DNA of 64,000 nt. It comes from Trichosphaerium sp. ATCC 40318. Its lineage: Eukaryota > Protista > Tubulinea. The position numbers and the translations under genes were made by a program. Shown here piece by piece: positions 39,152 to 52,302 of the stretch (its first letter is position 1; every line of letters begins with the position of its first letter). The notes below the pieces were generated by a model. It was not told the origin of the DNA, searched no databases, and saw only the letters and a program-made list of their open reading frames with translations. The stretch covers positions 682,001 through 746,000 of the forward strand of contig JALMLS010000093.1 in the NCBI GenBank assembly GCA_038496445.1, given 5' to 3'.

Positions 39152-39985
39152 CTACTTTTGGTGTACCTTTGTGTCTTGTTTAAATAAAGAAATTATAGTG
39201 TCTGAATCATTACAATATGTTGGATCACATATTTGACTGTTGTGTTTTTGTGTTGTCTTTGATTCCAGTCTGTAGTTGTGACTTGTGTCACATGTATTCA
39301 AAAAAGTATTTGCCACCTTGAAATCATTTTTATCCCACTTGAATACCAATCGATATAAAACTTTATGACATAAATCAGATCCACAAAAACACTCTTCATT
39401 GTACTTGTGTGGTTCTTTCAAGTATGTATCTCTATCAACTATCCAATTGTAGTCTATTGAAATCTCGTCAAATTGAGATATCTCTTTACTAGAAAAAATG
39501 GCAAGATGAACTTCTTTGTTTATCATAACAAAAGAAAGCTCACAATTTGGGTCACAAGAATGGTTTATAAAGTGAGCAATATTACCATACTTTGTTGGAT
39601 CAATACATAAGTCTTCTCCATTTTTAAGTTCACCAAAAGCAGCTAAGTGTTGTTGACGTTCCCATGAGAGCTCTGATGAGCAAATACTATCTTTTCTAAC
39701 CACACCGAAATACATTAACATCAAGCTACCTGCAGGTACTGTTTTATCACCACAATACTCAAGAAAAAACCCTGTAGCTGGTGCGTAGTTGAGTTTTATT
39801 TGGATATCTAATTGTTGTTTTGTCTGAGGCCTTACTGTCGTACCAGGAAACCAAATATCGTTCTTATTAATGCCTTCATACTGTATTTTTGTCACTAAAT
39901 TACAATAGTCCTGTAAAACCTTACAATTTCCTGACTTTAGCGCTTCTTCGTATTCTACATTGTGTATTGCCATTTGATTACTCAA
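39152..39985 (-). CDS. SET-domain lysine methyltransferase with post-SET cysteines (boundaries uncertain)
   Basis: IDPTKYGNIAHFINHSCDPNC, EISIDY, CFCGSDLC. Confidence 0.85.
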   Translation of the reverse strand: MSNQMAIHNVEYEEALKSGNCKVLQDYCNLVTKIQYEGINKNDIWFPGTTVRPQTKQQLDIQIKLNYAPATGFFLEYCGDKTVPAGSLMLMYFGVVRKDSICSSELSWERQQHLAAFGELKNGEDLCIDPTKYGNIAHFINHSCDPNCELSFVMINKEVHLAIFSSKEISQFDEISIDYNWIVDRDTYLKEPHKYNEECFCGSDLCHKVLYRLVFKWDKNDFKVANTFLNTCDTSHNYRLESKTTQKHNSQICDPTYCNDSDTIISLFKQDTKVHQK

Positions 39986-40398
39986 AAAGTGTTTTACAAA
40001 ACTTGCCTTAAACGTTTTCTTAGAAACCTATCAAGCAGCACTTCTTTACATACCACGTGATACTCGCCGAGCAAGTTTGAGCCAACTTCTTCATCATCAG
40101 GTATTAGCAGTAGTATACCATTTTATTCGATTTGCTGCAGTGTAATAGCGTGTTGCAAAAGGGGGTAGCATCGCTTTTGGGCAGTTTCGAAAAATGTTGA
40201 TTTTTGACATTTACGGGATTTCTGATACTGTCTCACAAGCGATGCTACCCCATGTGCTAGAAAGTTCTCATCTGTGCTATATACGCTTTCATTCAAACAC
40301 CTACTGCTCACCTACGATCACAAAAAAGCACAACTGTAGAAAACCAATGACCAAGTTGCTGGCTTGTTTTAGTAACCGCTTTCCCTTTTTAACAACTA

Positions 40399-43020
40399 AT
40401 GACCTATTTTGTTTCAATAGTGGCGCTTCTGGTACTTACCTACGCACAGGGTATGAGATTTCACACTCTCTTGACACCTGGCTTACTTTATCAATATATA
40501 GTCGCTACAGCAACGTTTGTAGACCCACAATTCAATGTGTTTATGAACACTCAAGAGATTTCTGCAAACTTTACTGGGTTACCAATCGTACTAGTAGATA
40601 TATCATTAGGTGCGCCTGGAGGCGTACCAACATACTTCTACTTCATTGCAGGTGACGTCACGGTTTTCGCCTTTTCTGTACTTGCTTATCTTAAATAGCG
40701 CCAACTCAATTGCTACTGGACGCAGCAACTCCTCAAAGTACGTTTACCATTACACCTGTCGTGTTTTGCGAAAAATCCACCAAAACCTGTTTTTCGCCTT
40801 TGTATGGCCTTTACACGCGTATGAGGTTTGTATGTGACTATTATGCGTCCTGCGAACAAATAATGGCGAAAATGTTCGAGTTTTCTTTGTAGCAACTTCG
40901 TAAACGAATTACACAAAATCTCGAGAACGATTTTCGGCATGATTGAATCCATACTCATTTTTATGCACGTCTTGACATGGATAAATCTAAAACATAGTAT
41001 CATAGGCTTTTTTAATGGCACAAGCACGCACAATGAATTACTATTTGATGGTTCAGTCTTTGCTCAAATTCATAAACCGAACCTCGAGTTTGGTAGTGAC
41101 AAAGGAGCAGCTGTTTATGTAAACACAACAGATGACATTGTCAGCTTCACAACTATATTCGAACCTGCTCAAACGGTACAGTGCAAGATGTACTTTTTTG
41201 CAAAAAAGCCTTTCGCCATTTAACCTTTGCGACAAGTTTTATCTGTCAGTGCAACACGTGTCAAATTACAATCAACACTTTATCTTATTGTTTTTGTAGT
41301 TTATAGACGTGACACCTACAACTAAAATAATAGAATGTGGTATTGGTATTGAATGTGTGTATCACGTGTCATTTGACAGATCAGAATTCGAAGGTATTAA
41401 TGAAGAATAATTTGTCATGTTTGTTACTTTAGCGAAGTTCGTGTTGTGTACTTTCCTGAAGTGCACACAATTTCTTGGTGTTGAAATGATACTCACTGTT
41501 TAGTGTTGTTGGGTTTTTTACCTATTAACGATAATTAGCTTCTGGAAACGAAAGATTTCTTGTCAATGTAGAAATTCCTTCAAATGGATCATATTTCTTT
41601 GTAATAGATGATTCAGCTACGCCTATGAGCATCATGTACAATAGAAGTATGCCCAAAATGAAATCTCACTATTGTTAACAATAATCTGTAGCTTCCCCTG
41701 GTAACTACGATCTTGGTATTACTCATCTGAATGCTGCAGGTTGTTTTATAAAAACAATTACCAGCAAAGAAGACAATTTGTTCCGTGTTAGCCATGCGAA
41801 AGTTGAAGTTTCACAGTCAAAGGTAAGAAACATTCTTTGGCTTTTTTTATATCAACATATCTTTGTTAGGTGTTTGGAAACATGACTTTAGTTCAAACGT
41901 TATCAAAGGAACTTGGTAGTATTTCTACTGCTATGTTAGATAGTACATTGTACACTCTGATAGCTAAGGAAGGGGAATTAACTCTGGCAAAAACTAATGT
42001 CAATTGCTCCCTTGATGACCCTTTTTTGGGTTTTTCCTTTAATTCTTTAACTATACCCACTATAACACCTCAAGTGTCTGCTGTTATTTCATTAGAAACA
42101 GCTATAAATGAAGACTTATTGATTGTTTATGCAGAGACAGGACCAAAAGTTACAATACGTGCCTACAAAGTAAGTGGCTATGTGACTTTGTTTTTAACCA
42201 TCTTTCTTGTAGAATATTTTTCTTCCACCAACACATACAAACAACACTCTAAGTACAGCTAATATAAATGAACTAACTGCTACCTTTGATACAATAGAAT
42301 GTGTAGTTACAGTACGCCTTTCATTGGGTGAGACCCAAAAGTCACTATCTTGTCTAACTTTGCCAGGTTGTTGTATTGTTTGCTGATAATACATCTAATA
42401 TTATATTTTATGACGAATCATCAGGCGTATTTTCATGCACACCACCGCCGCCAACCACTGTTCCACCAACTCCCCAACCAACAACTCTTTCACCAACTCC
42501 TCAACCAACAACTCTTTCTCCTGTATCACCAACAACTATACCATCCCAAGAACCGGTAGCTCCTGTTGTATTCAGACTGACAATCAGCAGAGTTGTTGAA
42601 ACGTTACCAATCAATGCTACATTTGATATCTTAGATGTTATATACTCCAGTGATGCAATACCTATTAACATCACACATTGTCCTAATATCTCTACAGTCG
42701 CAGTCTCTTTTGAAAATGAGACTGTTTTTGATTCCATTCTTGAACAAGGCAACTTCACTTTAATCACATTTTCACAACAATGTACAGAATCTATAAGTCT
42801 AGATAGTGTGAAAGTAACAAGCCCAGACAATAGACAATGTCAAACACAAACACTTAAGCAAATTCGATCATTTGTTGTTTTGATATCTTCTTGTGAAGAT
42901 AGCTCTTCTAAAGATAATACTGTACGAAATTATTATGTAATTTCAGGCTGTGCAGTTTTATTTGTAGCCATAGTCATAGCGGGAATAATTGCAATATACT
43001 TGTACATACATAGGCACTAA
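40399..43020 (+). CDS. Type I membrane glycoprotein of unknown function
   Basis: Signal peptide MTYFVSIVALLVLTYAQ, beta-rich exons, PTPQPTT repeats, Cys-containing juxtamembrane domain, C-terminal TM. Confidence 0.7.
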
Positions 43021-43518
43021 TAAACATAATGCAATCACGTGATTTGACAAAAAGTTTGTAGCACCTGTCCACTTCACTAATTATCGAACTTAGCAGTGAG
43101 CATGATTACATTTCTAAAGTGTCCTTTCACTTTTTGTAGATTTCTCCAACCTTGAGAAAGGGTTTGTTGTATCTGACCCACCGATTGCTCAAGTAACTAG
43201 TTAAGCCTGTACCAACGCCACTGAAAAAGCGGAAACTGCTTTCCAATAAAATAGTATTTGATCAATCTTGAGCAGTTTCACTTCGGTTTCAGAGAAACAA
43301 GAGTACTCTTTGCTTTCGTTAGTCAACACCCGTCATTGAACGGATAGAGCTCGCAATTGAATCAGCGGAGCGTAGCTTTATTAACCTATATTGTCGACAA
43401 CCTAATACAGTGTTTATTGAGCTTCGATGGAAAAAAAGTTCCAGGTGCTCTTATTCTTTAATTATTTATTTAGTTGGAGCGTTCTAACCATTACCAAATA
43501 GTTAAATACCAACATAAA

Positions 43519-43990
43519 ATGCCAACACTTGCTACACCTACCTACAGAGTTACAACTGGATATTGTAGACTTAGACCTGGAAGTTTACTTAAAATGGGCG
43601 TTACTATCAAAGACTTTAGCCACAACAACAAGGTTTGATGGTGATTGTAAAAAACATGGAAAATGGAAAAAAATTAAATGGACTAAACACAATGATGGTA
43701 GTATCTCAGAGCCGCGACTGTTTATTCAATCACACTGGGTACACGGTATAAAAGAAGGAGAGTCCAAACAGTGGTATATAAACAATGGTCAATTGAGGAG
43801 AAAGTGTTACTACAAGAATGATAAACTCGATGGTTTGTATATCAGCTGGTATGATGATGGTAGCATGTGGGTTAAGTGTACCTATGTAAGCAATAAACTG
43901 GAAGGTGAATACAAGCGTTGGGATAAATATGGTAGAGTGTGGGTGCAGTGATATTTTGTGACATCAAGTGGAGTACCAGTGTTGGAATAA
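43519..43990 (+). pseudogene. Intronless F-box-like + MORN-variant repeat gene, probably disrupted
   Basis: LLHLPTELQLDI; repeats KEGESKQWYINNGQLRRKCYYKNDKLDGLYISWYDDGSMWVKCTYVSNKLEGEYKRW; ATG 43519 is out of frame with the ORF; TGA at 43949 falls at a repeat Cys position. Confidence 0.65.
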
Positions 43991-44421
43991 CATAGGACTT
44001 ATTTAATAAAATGGTTGCAAAACAAGATTGGAAGCCTTTTCTCGTTCAACAAAACTATAAGGTATATACCTACGACGTACCTTACAGAGCGCAGTTTTAC
44101 CACGTGGTTCACAAAGTATTCAAGAAAGACCTTTGTTGTTCAAGCAGATAAGTTATGGGTTATGCATTAACCAAAAAGCTCATCTGCTACCCAAAAAAAA
44201 AAATAACATCACACATACCTCTTTGGATTACTTTTTCTTATGAGACTATTGTTTACGCTTTATAAAGTTGGTTAGTGATCAAGTGGGAAAAAGTGATTGG
44301 TCGTAGGTAAAGGCTTGTATGAAATAAGATGTTCTGTAACAAATTTTATTTAAATCATCAACAACTTGTATTTTTTTGGGCTAATCAATAAAGTTTCTAG
44401 CGATTTCTTGTGTTATGTACT

Positions 44422-47400
44422 TTAACATAATGTCATTTCTTCTGGGCTAATATCAGCAGCAGTTTGAATGATATCAACAGTAAAAGGTGCAGGTAAAGCC
44501 CATTTTTGAGGTTTAGCACGTTCTTTTCTTGAAGCGTTTATTGCTGTCTTAACTGCGCTTGCAACACTGTAAGATAGTACTACAGGAGGCTCACCAACAG
44601 CCTTTGATCCAAGAACACCCTATTTCGAGATATTCAATAAACACAATTAAAAACAAAAACTGGTGTCACGTGTTTTTTCTTAATAGCAACAAAAAAAATA
44701 CAAGAAATGCAATTGTAACGCACTCTAGCAAAAGAAGAGTCTGGAAGTAGTGAAATACGGAAATCAATAGGTGAATCAGCAACACAAGGTGGTTTATACT
44801 CCCATGTAGAGTCAGAGTGTAGTTTACCATCAGAACCAGTTAGGATCTCTTCTCTAAAGAAAGCCTTGTTTTAGAAACAGAACACCAAATAGAGTAGGTT
44901 TTGCTTAAAAAACCTCAGTTAATGTTTGCAATGTACCTGAGGAAGTATCCTATACCAGTTACGAAACCACCTTCGGCTTGACCAACATCAATGATGGCGT
45001 TCAAGGATTTTGCAGAATCATAGAGAATATCTACTCTTCTTACTGTTGTTTCTCCAGTTAATACGTCAACTTCTACTTCAGAGCATGCAACACCAGAAGC
45101 AAAGTAATCAGCATGGAAAGGACTCCAAGGAAGTGCTTTTTCGCTTGTTCTCCTGAAAGGAAAAAAGTTAACAAAAATCACGTGTGGTGTCACGTGAAAG
45201 GTAAGACTGTAAGAAACTATTGAATTACGTCGATACGTACTTTCCAGTTGGTACAAAGTTTGCAGTAGCACTTAGCAACATGTTAAGCCCCTTAGCCTTT
45301 GCGCAAAGTGCCTGTAAAAGAAGTCAGGTTTACAAAACGACTTGTAGAAAAATCCGGGTTGGGTGTTTTCGTGCTTTTACTAACCTTCCAAGTAGTAGGT
45401 TTACCCTCCTTAGTGAGTAATGTACGAACGTAATGCATGGTCTTATTGAGTTTTACACAAGCGAGCCTTAACAGTAAGTTAACAGGTACAAGAATAAAAT
45501 CTTGCTCAATAAGGCAAAGGCGATAGGCAGAAGAATAAAAAAGTACTCACCTGGCAGCTTCTGCGTTTGCTTCGGATGCAGTAGAACCACCAACAAACAT
45601 GGTATTAGGAATAACATCAGTATTACTGTCACCAACACGAATCATGCTGATATCACAGCCTAGAGTCAATGCAACAGTTTGAGCTACTTTTGTGTTGAGA
45701 CCTTGACCGATCTCTACGCCACCGCTGTAAACTACAACTGTACCATCGCCACCGTTGATGTTGATCTAATAACATGCGTTAATGGTAACCAAACTGTTAA
45801 AAATTAATATAAGCGTACCAGTGCTTGAGTACCAATAGAGTAGGATTGGCAACAACCGTACTTAATACCCATTAAGCTAATACCTCGTTTTTTCCATTTG
45901 TTTTGGCTACACCCCGTTAGAACTACGCTTTTATACTGTAAGGACTTACGTATTGTATGTGTCAATCTCACCAGAGCGCTTATCGAACTCAGCATCTACC
46001 TTCAACCTAAGATGGACAATAAGAAATTGAAGAGCAAAGCATCTTAGCGTACTTGTTGTACATGGCGCGAATGTTAAAGTCGTTACCCAAGTGTTGACCA
46101 CATGGGTTGATACGATTTCTAGTAGTGTACATATTCTTCTCACGGACATCTTGTGGTGAAATACCAAGTTTGGCGGCAACACATTCAATCACAGTCTAAA
46201 CAATGTTAGATTGAAAAAAAACTTGTTTAGTCGGTTTTTTGGTACCTCTGTTATGGTGATAGCTTGAATGTGACCAAACGAACGAACAGCTGTACGTGAA
46301 GGTATATGTGTCCTACATTGCTTGACTGTACTTAATACATTAGGAACATGGTATACACCATCCAATTCTTCGTTGAATCTATTGTTAATGTTAACACAAA
46401 TAACAAAAAAACCCTCTCAGAGTTTAAAACATGTTTCGTACTCAATAACTAAAGCTCCCCAAAAGTCAGTTGACATTCCAGAGTTACCATAACCATCATA
46501 TTTAACAGCTACAATAGTTCCATCCTTTTTGAAACCGACCTTAAAATCTACTTTGAACTCTGTACGTCCACCGACCTATTCAAATAATATTTTAATAAAG
46601 TTTTTCTCTCGTGACCTTTGTCTTACCACACGACAATCATCCCAAATGCTCATTGCTAGTTTTATAGGTCTATTTAATTTCCTAGAAGAGTTTTAACATA
46701 ATTGTTGTTACTGCCATCCAGTGTGTGAGTAAACAAGACTTACTTTGAAGCAACAGCACAAGCTCCAGCACAGTAAACGTGACGAGATAATTTACCTCCA
46801 AAAGCACCTCCAGCCCTTCTGGTTTTGACACAAACGTCATTACCTGATACACCAAGGATACTAGCAATCTATTGAAGGGAAACAGGTTAAAACACGCCAT
46901 ATATTAAAGAAGTTTCTCATTTAATTACTTCGGGAAAGAGTGAGCTAGAGAACGTACTTTTGTTCTTGTGTAATCAGGCGCTTGATTACCAATGAATACA
47001 TCTATACCATCACCTTCTTTAGGTATACAATAAGCCGATTGGCGCTCCATATAAAAGTGCTTTTGACCACCTAGCAACAGAAATTTAGTTGATAAGAAAA
47101 AAAAAAGAATTAAACTAGTTTTCAGTAACTAGGCGCACTGTGCCTTAAAACTCTAAATTTTACATCTCAAAAGGTGCCTTGTTTTACCAAAACGTTGTTA
47201 ATAATAAGAAAAAAAACATACCAGCATACGCAGTATCAGTTATGATTTCATCACATTCAGCCTAAGCAACAAAATTTAGAATAGAAAAAAACACCAAAAG
47301 GGCAAATGGCGTACCCAAGCAGCTTCAACATCACCACATTTTATAACATGTGGATCTCCTGAAAAAGAATCTGCAGCAATGGCGTCCTCGATTGAGAGAA

Positions 47401-50400
47401 TAGGCTTTGTAAACTCTATACAAGAAGAGTCAATAAATTGTAAAGAAAAAGATAGTGTTGATGAACAAACAAAGGATTTATACCTTCACCAGCATATTCG
47501 ACTGTAACAAGTTTAGAAGCTTCATTGGCTTCTCTTTGAGAAGCTGCTACAACAACACCAATTGGTTGACCATGGTAAGTAACTAAAAACGGGTTAACAT
47601 AATAGCCAATCATCCAAAACAAGAAAATCATAAGTGAGTACCTTTGTCTTTCGCAAATAATACTTCTTCTCCTGGTGCTGCACCACAATCAGCAGATCCA
47701 GGAATATCATCAGCGCTTACCCAATCAACAACACCAGGTGCTAGGGACGAGATTAAAATCAAAAGGGAGCAGAGAAAGGTTCTTGGATAGGCCAAATTGA
47801 AATACTTACCAGCCAAAGCCTTTGATGTGTCAACACTCTTGATATTACAAACAACGCGATCAGAGAGTACAAATGCAGCGTACAACGTGCGACCAGTAGC
47901 AGGAATATCATCAGTGAATTTAGCTTCACCTGATGCCTGATACGGAGCAGTGAGCTTGGTAGTAGCTACAAAAACGTTATAAACACAAGGGATTTTTTTT
48001 AACTAACCTGGACGATCCTCGTGTATTGGGTAACTAACGTGACTGGTGCTGACATCACGAACAATATCTCCTGCTCCAGATACTAAATTAGCTGGGATAT
48101 CTCCTGATGCATCTAAGACAGGAAAGTTAAACTTTGTAGGGGCATCACAACGTACTCTTCATGTACAAGAAGAACTTGTAGAAGAAATTTTGAACAAGGT
48201 TTTTCCTGTACGCCTTTTTTACAAAGAAATTAGTCAACATAAAGTCAAAACATGACTATTTTTTGGCTTACCTCTTTACCTTCTGGTCTTGCTTGAGACT
48301 TGTACTGGTCTTCAGACTCAGGTACAATTTCTTTAGCAATGCTCTCAAGCGCAGCTTCAAGTGTAGTTGCGTCAAACGATTTTGAAGTCTGAAAAGATTT
48401 TTTTAGTCAGCGGTCAAGCTTCTTCCAATTCGCTGGATGCTAGACGTACCAGTAATCTTTCAGTGTTCTCTGCACGCACTGGATGCTTTCCAACTACGCC
48501 GTATACGACAGTAGCCTTTTCAATGGTAGTACCTGACATGGTAACAGAAAAACCAGCGTTGATAAGAGCATGTGAGTTCATAGGACGAAGGGCTGTTCTG
48601 TATGAAACATAGTGTTCATTGCTCTTTGCAAATGGAACAGTAAGAGATAAGACAATATATCCTTTACCAGAATAACTCAATAGAGCTTTCATGTCCATAC
48701 TAGAACGTGTTATTGAGACAAGGTAATCTCTTTAGAGTTTTAAAAAAACCAACTAAACAACGTACTCTGTGGTGGTTCCACTGGCTTCCAGGACACTAAA
48801 CCTTGCGCCTGCAGCATACAAAACTGTTGCCGTATCTGATGCGAATCCCTAAATATGTTAACAATCACAAGCGCAAAAGCTTTTCTTTTGTTACCTGGTA
48901 TTTGCACATCATAACACCTCCTACCCAAGAGGCTCTACCGCGTACTTGGCGACCAGATATCTTAGACAAGTGACTTATAATATTAGGGAATGTTGTAGGT
49001 GACTTTGATTTGTGTTCTTCGAACGTAGAGATGAGTTGTTGGATTGAAACAGCAGCTCCAACTGTGAGAGCTAGAAAAAAAGCTGTTAGGTCAACATCTT
49101 CATGTGGCGAGGCATACCAGAGTCTGATGCAACAATTGATTTTAGTTCTGGAACATGCTTGATATCAATAAAAGCTTCTACTGATGGATCAGGGTATACA
49201 CCATTCATAGTATTGCCAACAATCAATTTATATTTTTTTCCCTTTTTGAATGTACAGTAAGCAATAAAACACGTGGACAATCAAAAAAACAATGTGTACC
49301 TGTGTTTCGTATTGTTGTACTAGTTTCAATGCCTATTGAGGTACACTGTTAGTACATAAACAAGAGAAAGTGGTTGAGGTACTTGCCTTTTGAAGTTCGA
49401 CAACTCGGTGCCATTCTGCGCCATGCCCGGAAAAATATATTGGACTTGGCTATACAAGGTTAGTAATCACACAACAAAAGAGAGTATTTTTTTAATCGTA
49501 CTTTGCAAGTTTTTAGTTCTGCTGGTGGCTTTTTGTCATGTTCTTCATGGGAATAAGGCATGAACTTCTTTCCTGAGCGAAAGTTAACAACAAATAAAAT
49601 TGGCCGACGCTGATTCCAAAAAAAGACGAAGATCCAAAAAGGAAGAAACGAAAAGAAATTTCCAAAATATCCATTACCTTTTCCTATGTCTTCAATATCA
49701 ACAGTAGGACAATTTTTACAATCAACAGCGAAAGTATTAAACGCATCAACAATAGGTCGGTATCCAGTACAACGACAGATATTTCCTAACAACTTTCTTT
49801 AAAAAACAATAATCCAAAAAAAAAGGCCTAAATTGAAATGTATCTCCGCACCATCTATAGCCGTAGAGACCTGGTCCAAAGTAGGTTTACCCTCAGTCTC
49901 TTGTAAAAGAGAGTACATGGACATTACCTAGGGAGGTTTTAGCGAAGCTCTGAAAAGTAGATTGATTGTACCATGCCAGGCGTACAAAAACCACATTGGC
50001 TTCCGTTGTTAGCCGCCAAACGCTGTTGTACTGGGTGATGACCGCTTCTACTATTACCAATACCTTCAGTAGTGGTAACGTTACATCCCTAAGGTTGTCT
50101 ATAACGATACAGACTGTCACATGCTTTACTTACGTCAAGAGCTAATAAAGGAAGTAGGCAACCATTCGCTGGCTGATTGACGTGTTTTCCTAGAGCTCTT
50201 GGTGAGATAGACAAAAGCATAAAAAAAGTGTACCGGTTTTTTCGTCGTAATAAGTGACAAGCACAGTACAAGCGCCACAACCACCCTACAAATAACAGAA
50301 TAAACAATATATCAGAGTTTGCGCGGAAGTACCTGGCCACAACTCAGTTTAGTGCCTGTACACCCTTCTTCTTTACGTAGATACTCTAAAACAGTGACAC

Positions 50401-50522
50401 GAGGATTAACTCCAGATAAAACGCGCTAGCAAAAGTAAGCCAACTTGAATGGTTTAAAGGCAACTGTATCGTACTTTTTTGCCATTTACGAATACAGTTA
50501 TTGTATTCTTTGTTTCCGACAT
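44422..50522 (-). CDS. Xanthine dehydrogenase/aldehyde oxidase family molybdoflavoprotein (many exons)
   Basis: [93 protein letters not shown]. Confidence 0.95.
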
Positions 50523-50897
50523 TTGCGGTTAAACAACGATAACAAGTGATCCCGAGGAAATAACGAATTACTGTGTTAAGTGACCAGAGGCTTAATGCTA
50601 CGGCTCACATGCCTGGTACATTTATGTGACACTTTTGTATACCTGTACATGGTTTGATGTAGGCTGCATGTTGTGATGTCACGCCAAAAGACTTCTTTGC
50701 CTTCATTGAAATCTGCTTAACGGGATTCTGATTAGCTTAGAATGTGGCGCTGAGGAAGGTCTTGCTTGGTAACTACATTGTATTAGGACTTTTCGTGATG
50801 CTTGCTAGACGTACAGTGTACTCCTCGAGGTATCAATGGTCGGCTAAGCAAAAAAAGGTGCTGGTTTCCTCAAAGCTTTGCTAGCTTATTGTACTAG

Positions 50898-52050
50898 TGT
50901 TACTACTGCTCGAAAGTAGATGACAACACCCAGAAAGCAATAAATGAGAGCGCTAAGCTAATAAAAGACGCTGAAGCGCTATTTATCACTACAGGCGCTG
51001 GAATGGGCGTAGACAGTGGTTTACCTACGTTTAGAGGTATGTGGCATTAACCGATTATTTATTTAAACCTCTACAGGTGCTGACGGTTTCTGGAGAGCTT
51101 ATCCGCCGTACAAAAAGCTAGGGCTTGAATTTGAAGAAATGGTTGGTGTCAAAAAGGTGTCAAATGTGAATTCACTTTTTTACTTTTTCTTCACAGGCAA
51201 CTCCCTCGTTGTTTGATGATAAACCTCATGTTGCTTGGGGATTTTACGGCCATCGTCTGAATCTTTATCGTAAAGCAAAACCTCACAAAGGGTATGACAT
51301 ACTAAAGGCATGGGGAGAGTCAAAGAAACATGTGAGGATCGATTTTCTTTTACAATTTCACTCAAGCTTTTTGTTTTTTAGAAATACTTTGCGTTCACCA
51401 GTAATGTTGATGGTATGTTTCAAAAGGCAAAATATGACTTGGATAGAATACTAGAAGTACATGGATCTCTAATGTATATACAAGGCCGGTCATCAGTACG
51501 AGCAAAGGTCAAGTGTTGCTCGAAGTAACCCAACAAATAGAACAGCCAGATAGAACCTGTACCAGACGATTTTTATGATAGGCTGGATATGGATACAGAG
51601 AAAATGGAAGCTCGTAAACTACCAAAGAAGTTTGGACAAGTTCTTAGACCAAGTGTTCTATTATTCAATGATTGGGAATGGAATGATAGCATATACCAAA
51701 AAGGCAATAGAAAGTTGCAGGCTTGGAAGAGATCATTAGGTGATTCATCAGTAGTCATTATAGAAATTGGTGCAGGTACAAACGTACCAACCATACGTTA
51801 TGCTGGTACGGACGATTAACAAATTTTAGCCATACTAAATGGTATTCTAGGCTCACGTTCCCTAACACGTGAAAACACAAGCATGATTAGAATTAACAAA
51901 GATGATCCGCATGAAGATGGTATCATAGGTATGGCGTGTTGTAGTTTTGATATTTTGCTTTGAACTTGCATACTGAGTACTTTGTTAGGTATTGGTCTGG
52001 GTGCTTTAGATGCTTTGGAACGAATAGAGAATGCCATGAAGAAATTATAA
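50898..52050 (+). CDS. Sirtuin (Sir2 family) NAD-dependent deacylase; 5' end uncertain
   Basis: GAGMGVDSGLPTFRG, AWGFYGHR, FTSNVDG, EVHGS, LRPSVLLFND, IEIGAGTNVPTIR, IRIN. Confidence 0.88.
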
Positions 52051-52302
52051 ACAAGCAAAAAATTGTATTTTTACCTGTTCTCTTTTTGCTACCACGTGTT
52101 CCTCAAACGTTGTTAATTTCCAAATACTACTTATTTGACTATGTGACATTAAACTTTGTTATTGCTTCATTTGTTGCATCTCGTCAACAAACTGTTGTGG
52201 GTGTGGGAGGAGTGGCTTAAGATTGTTAAGGTCAGATTGCAAATATCCGATTTGGTGAAAGTGCGTCTCTGGTGTAATTTTAGTGTATTTACATCATTTC
52301 AG

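Noticed and set aside
44422-50522. Selenocysteine in the molybdoenzyme, given the nearby tRNA-Sec
   Set aside because: No exonic in-frame TGA in the exons I translated; the stops seen fall in introns
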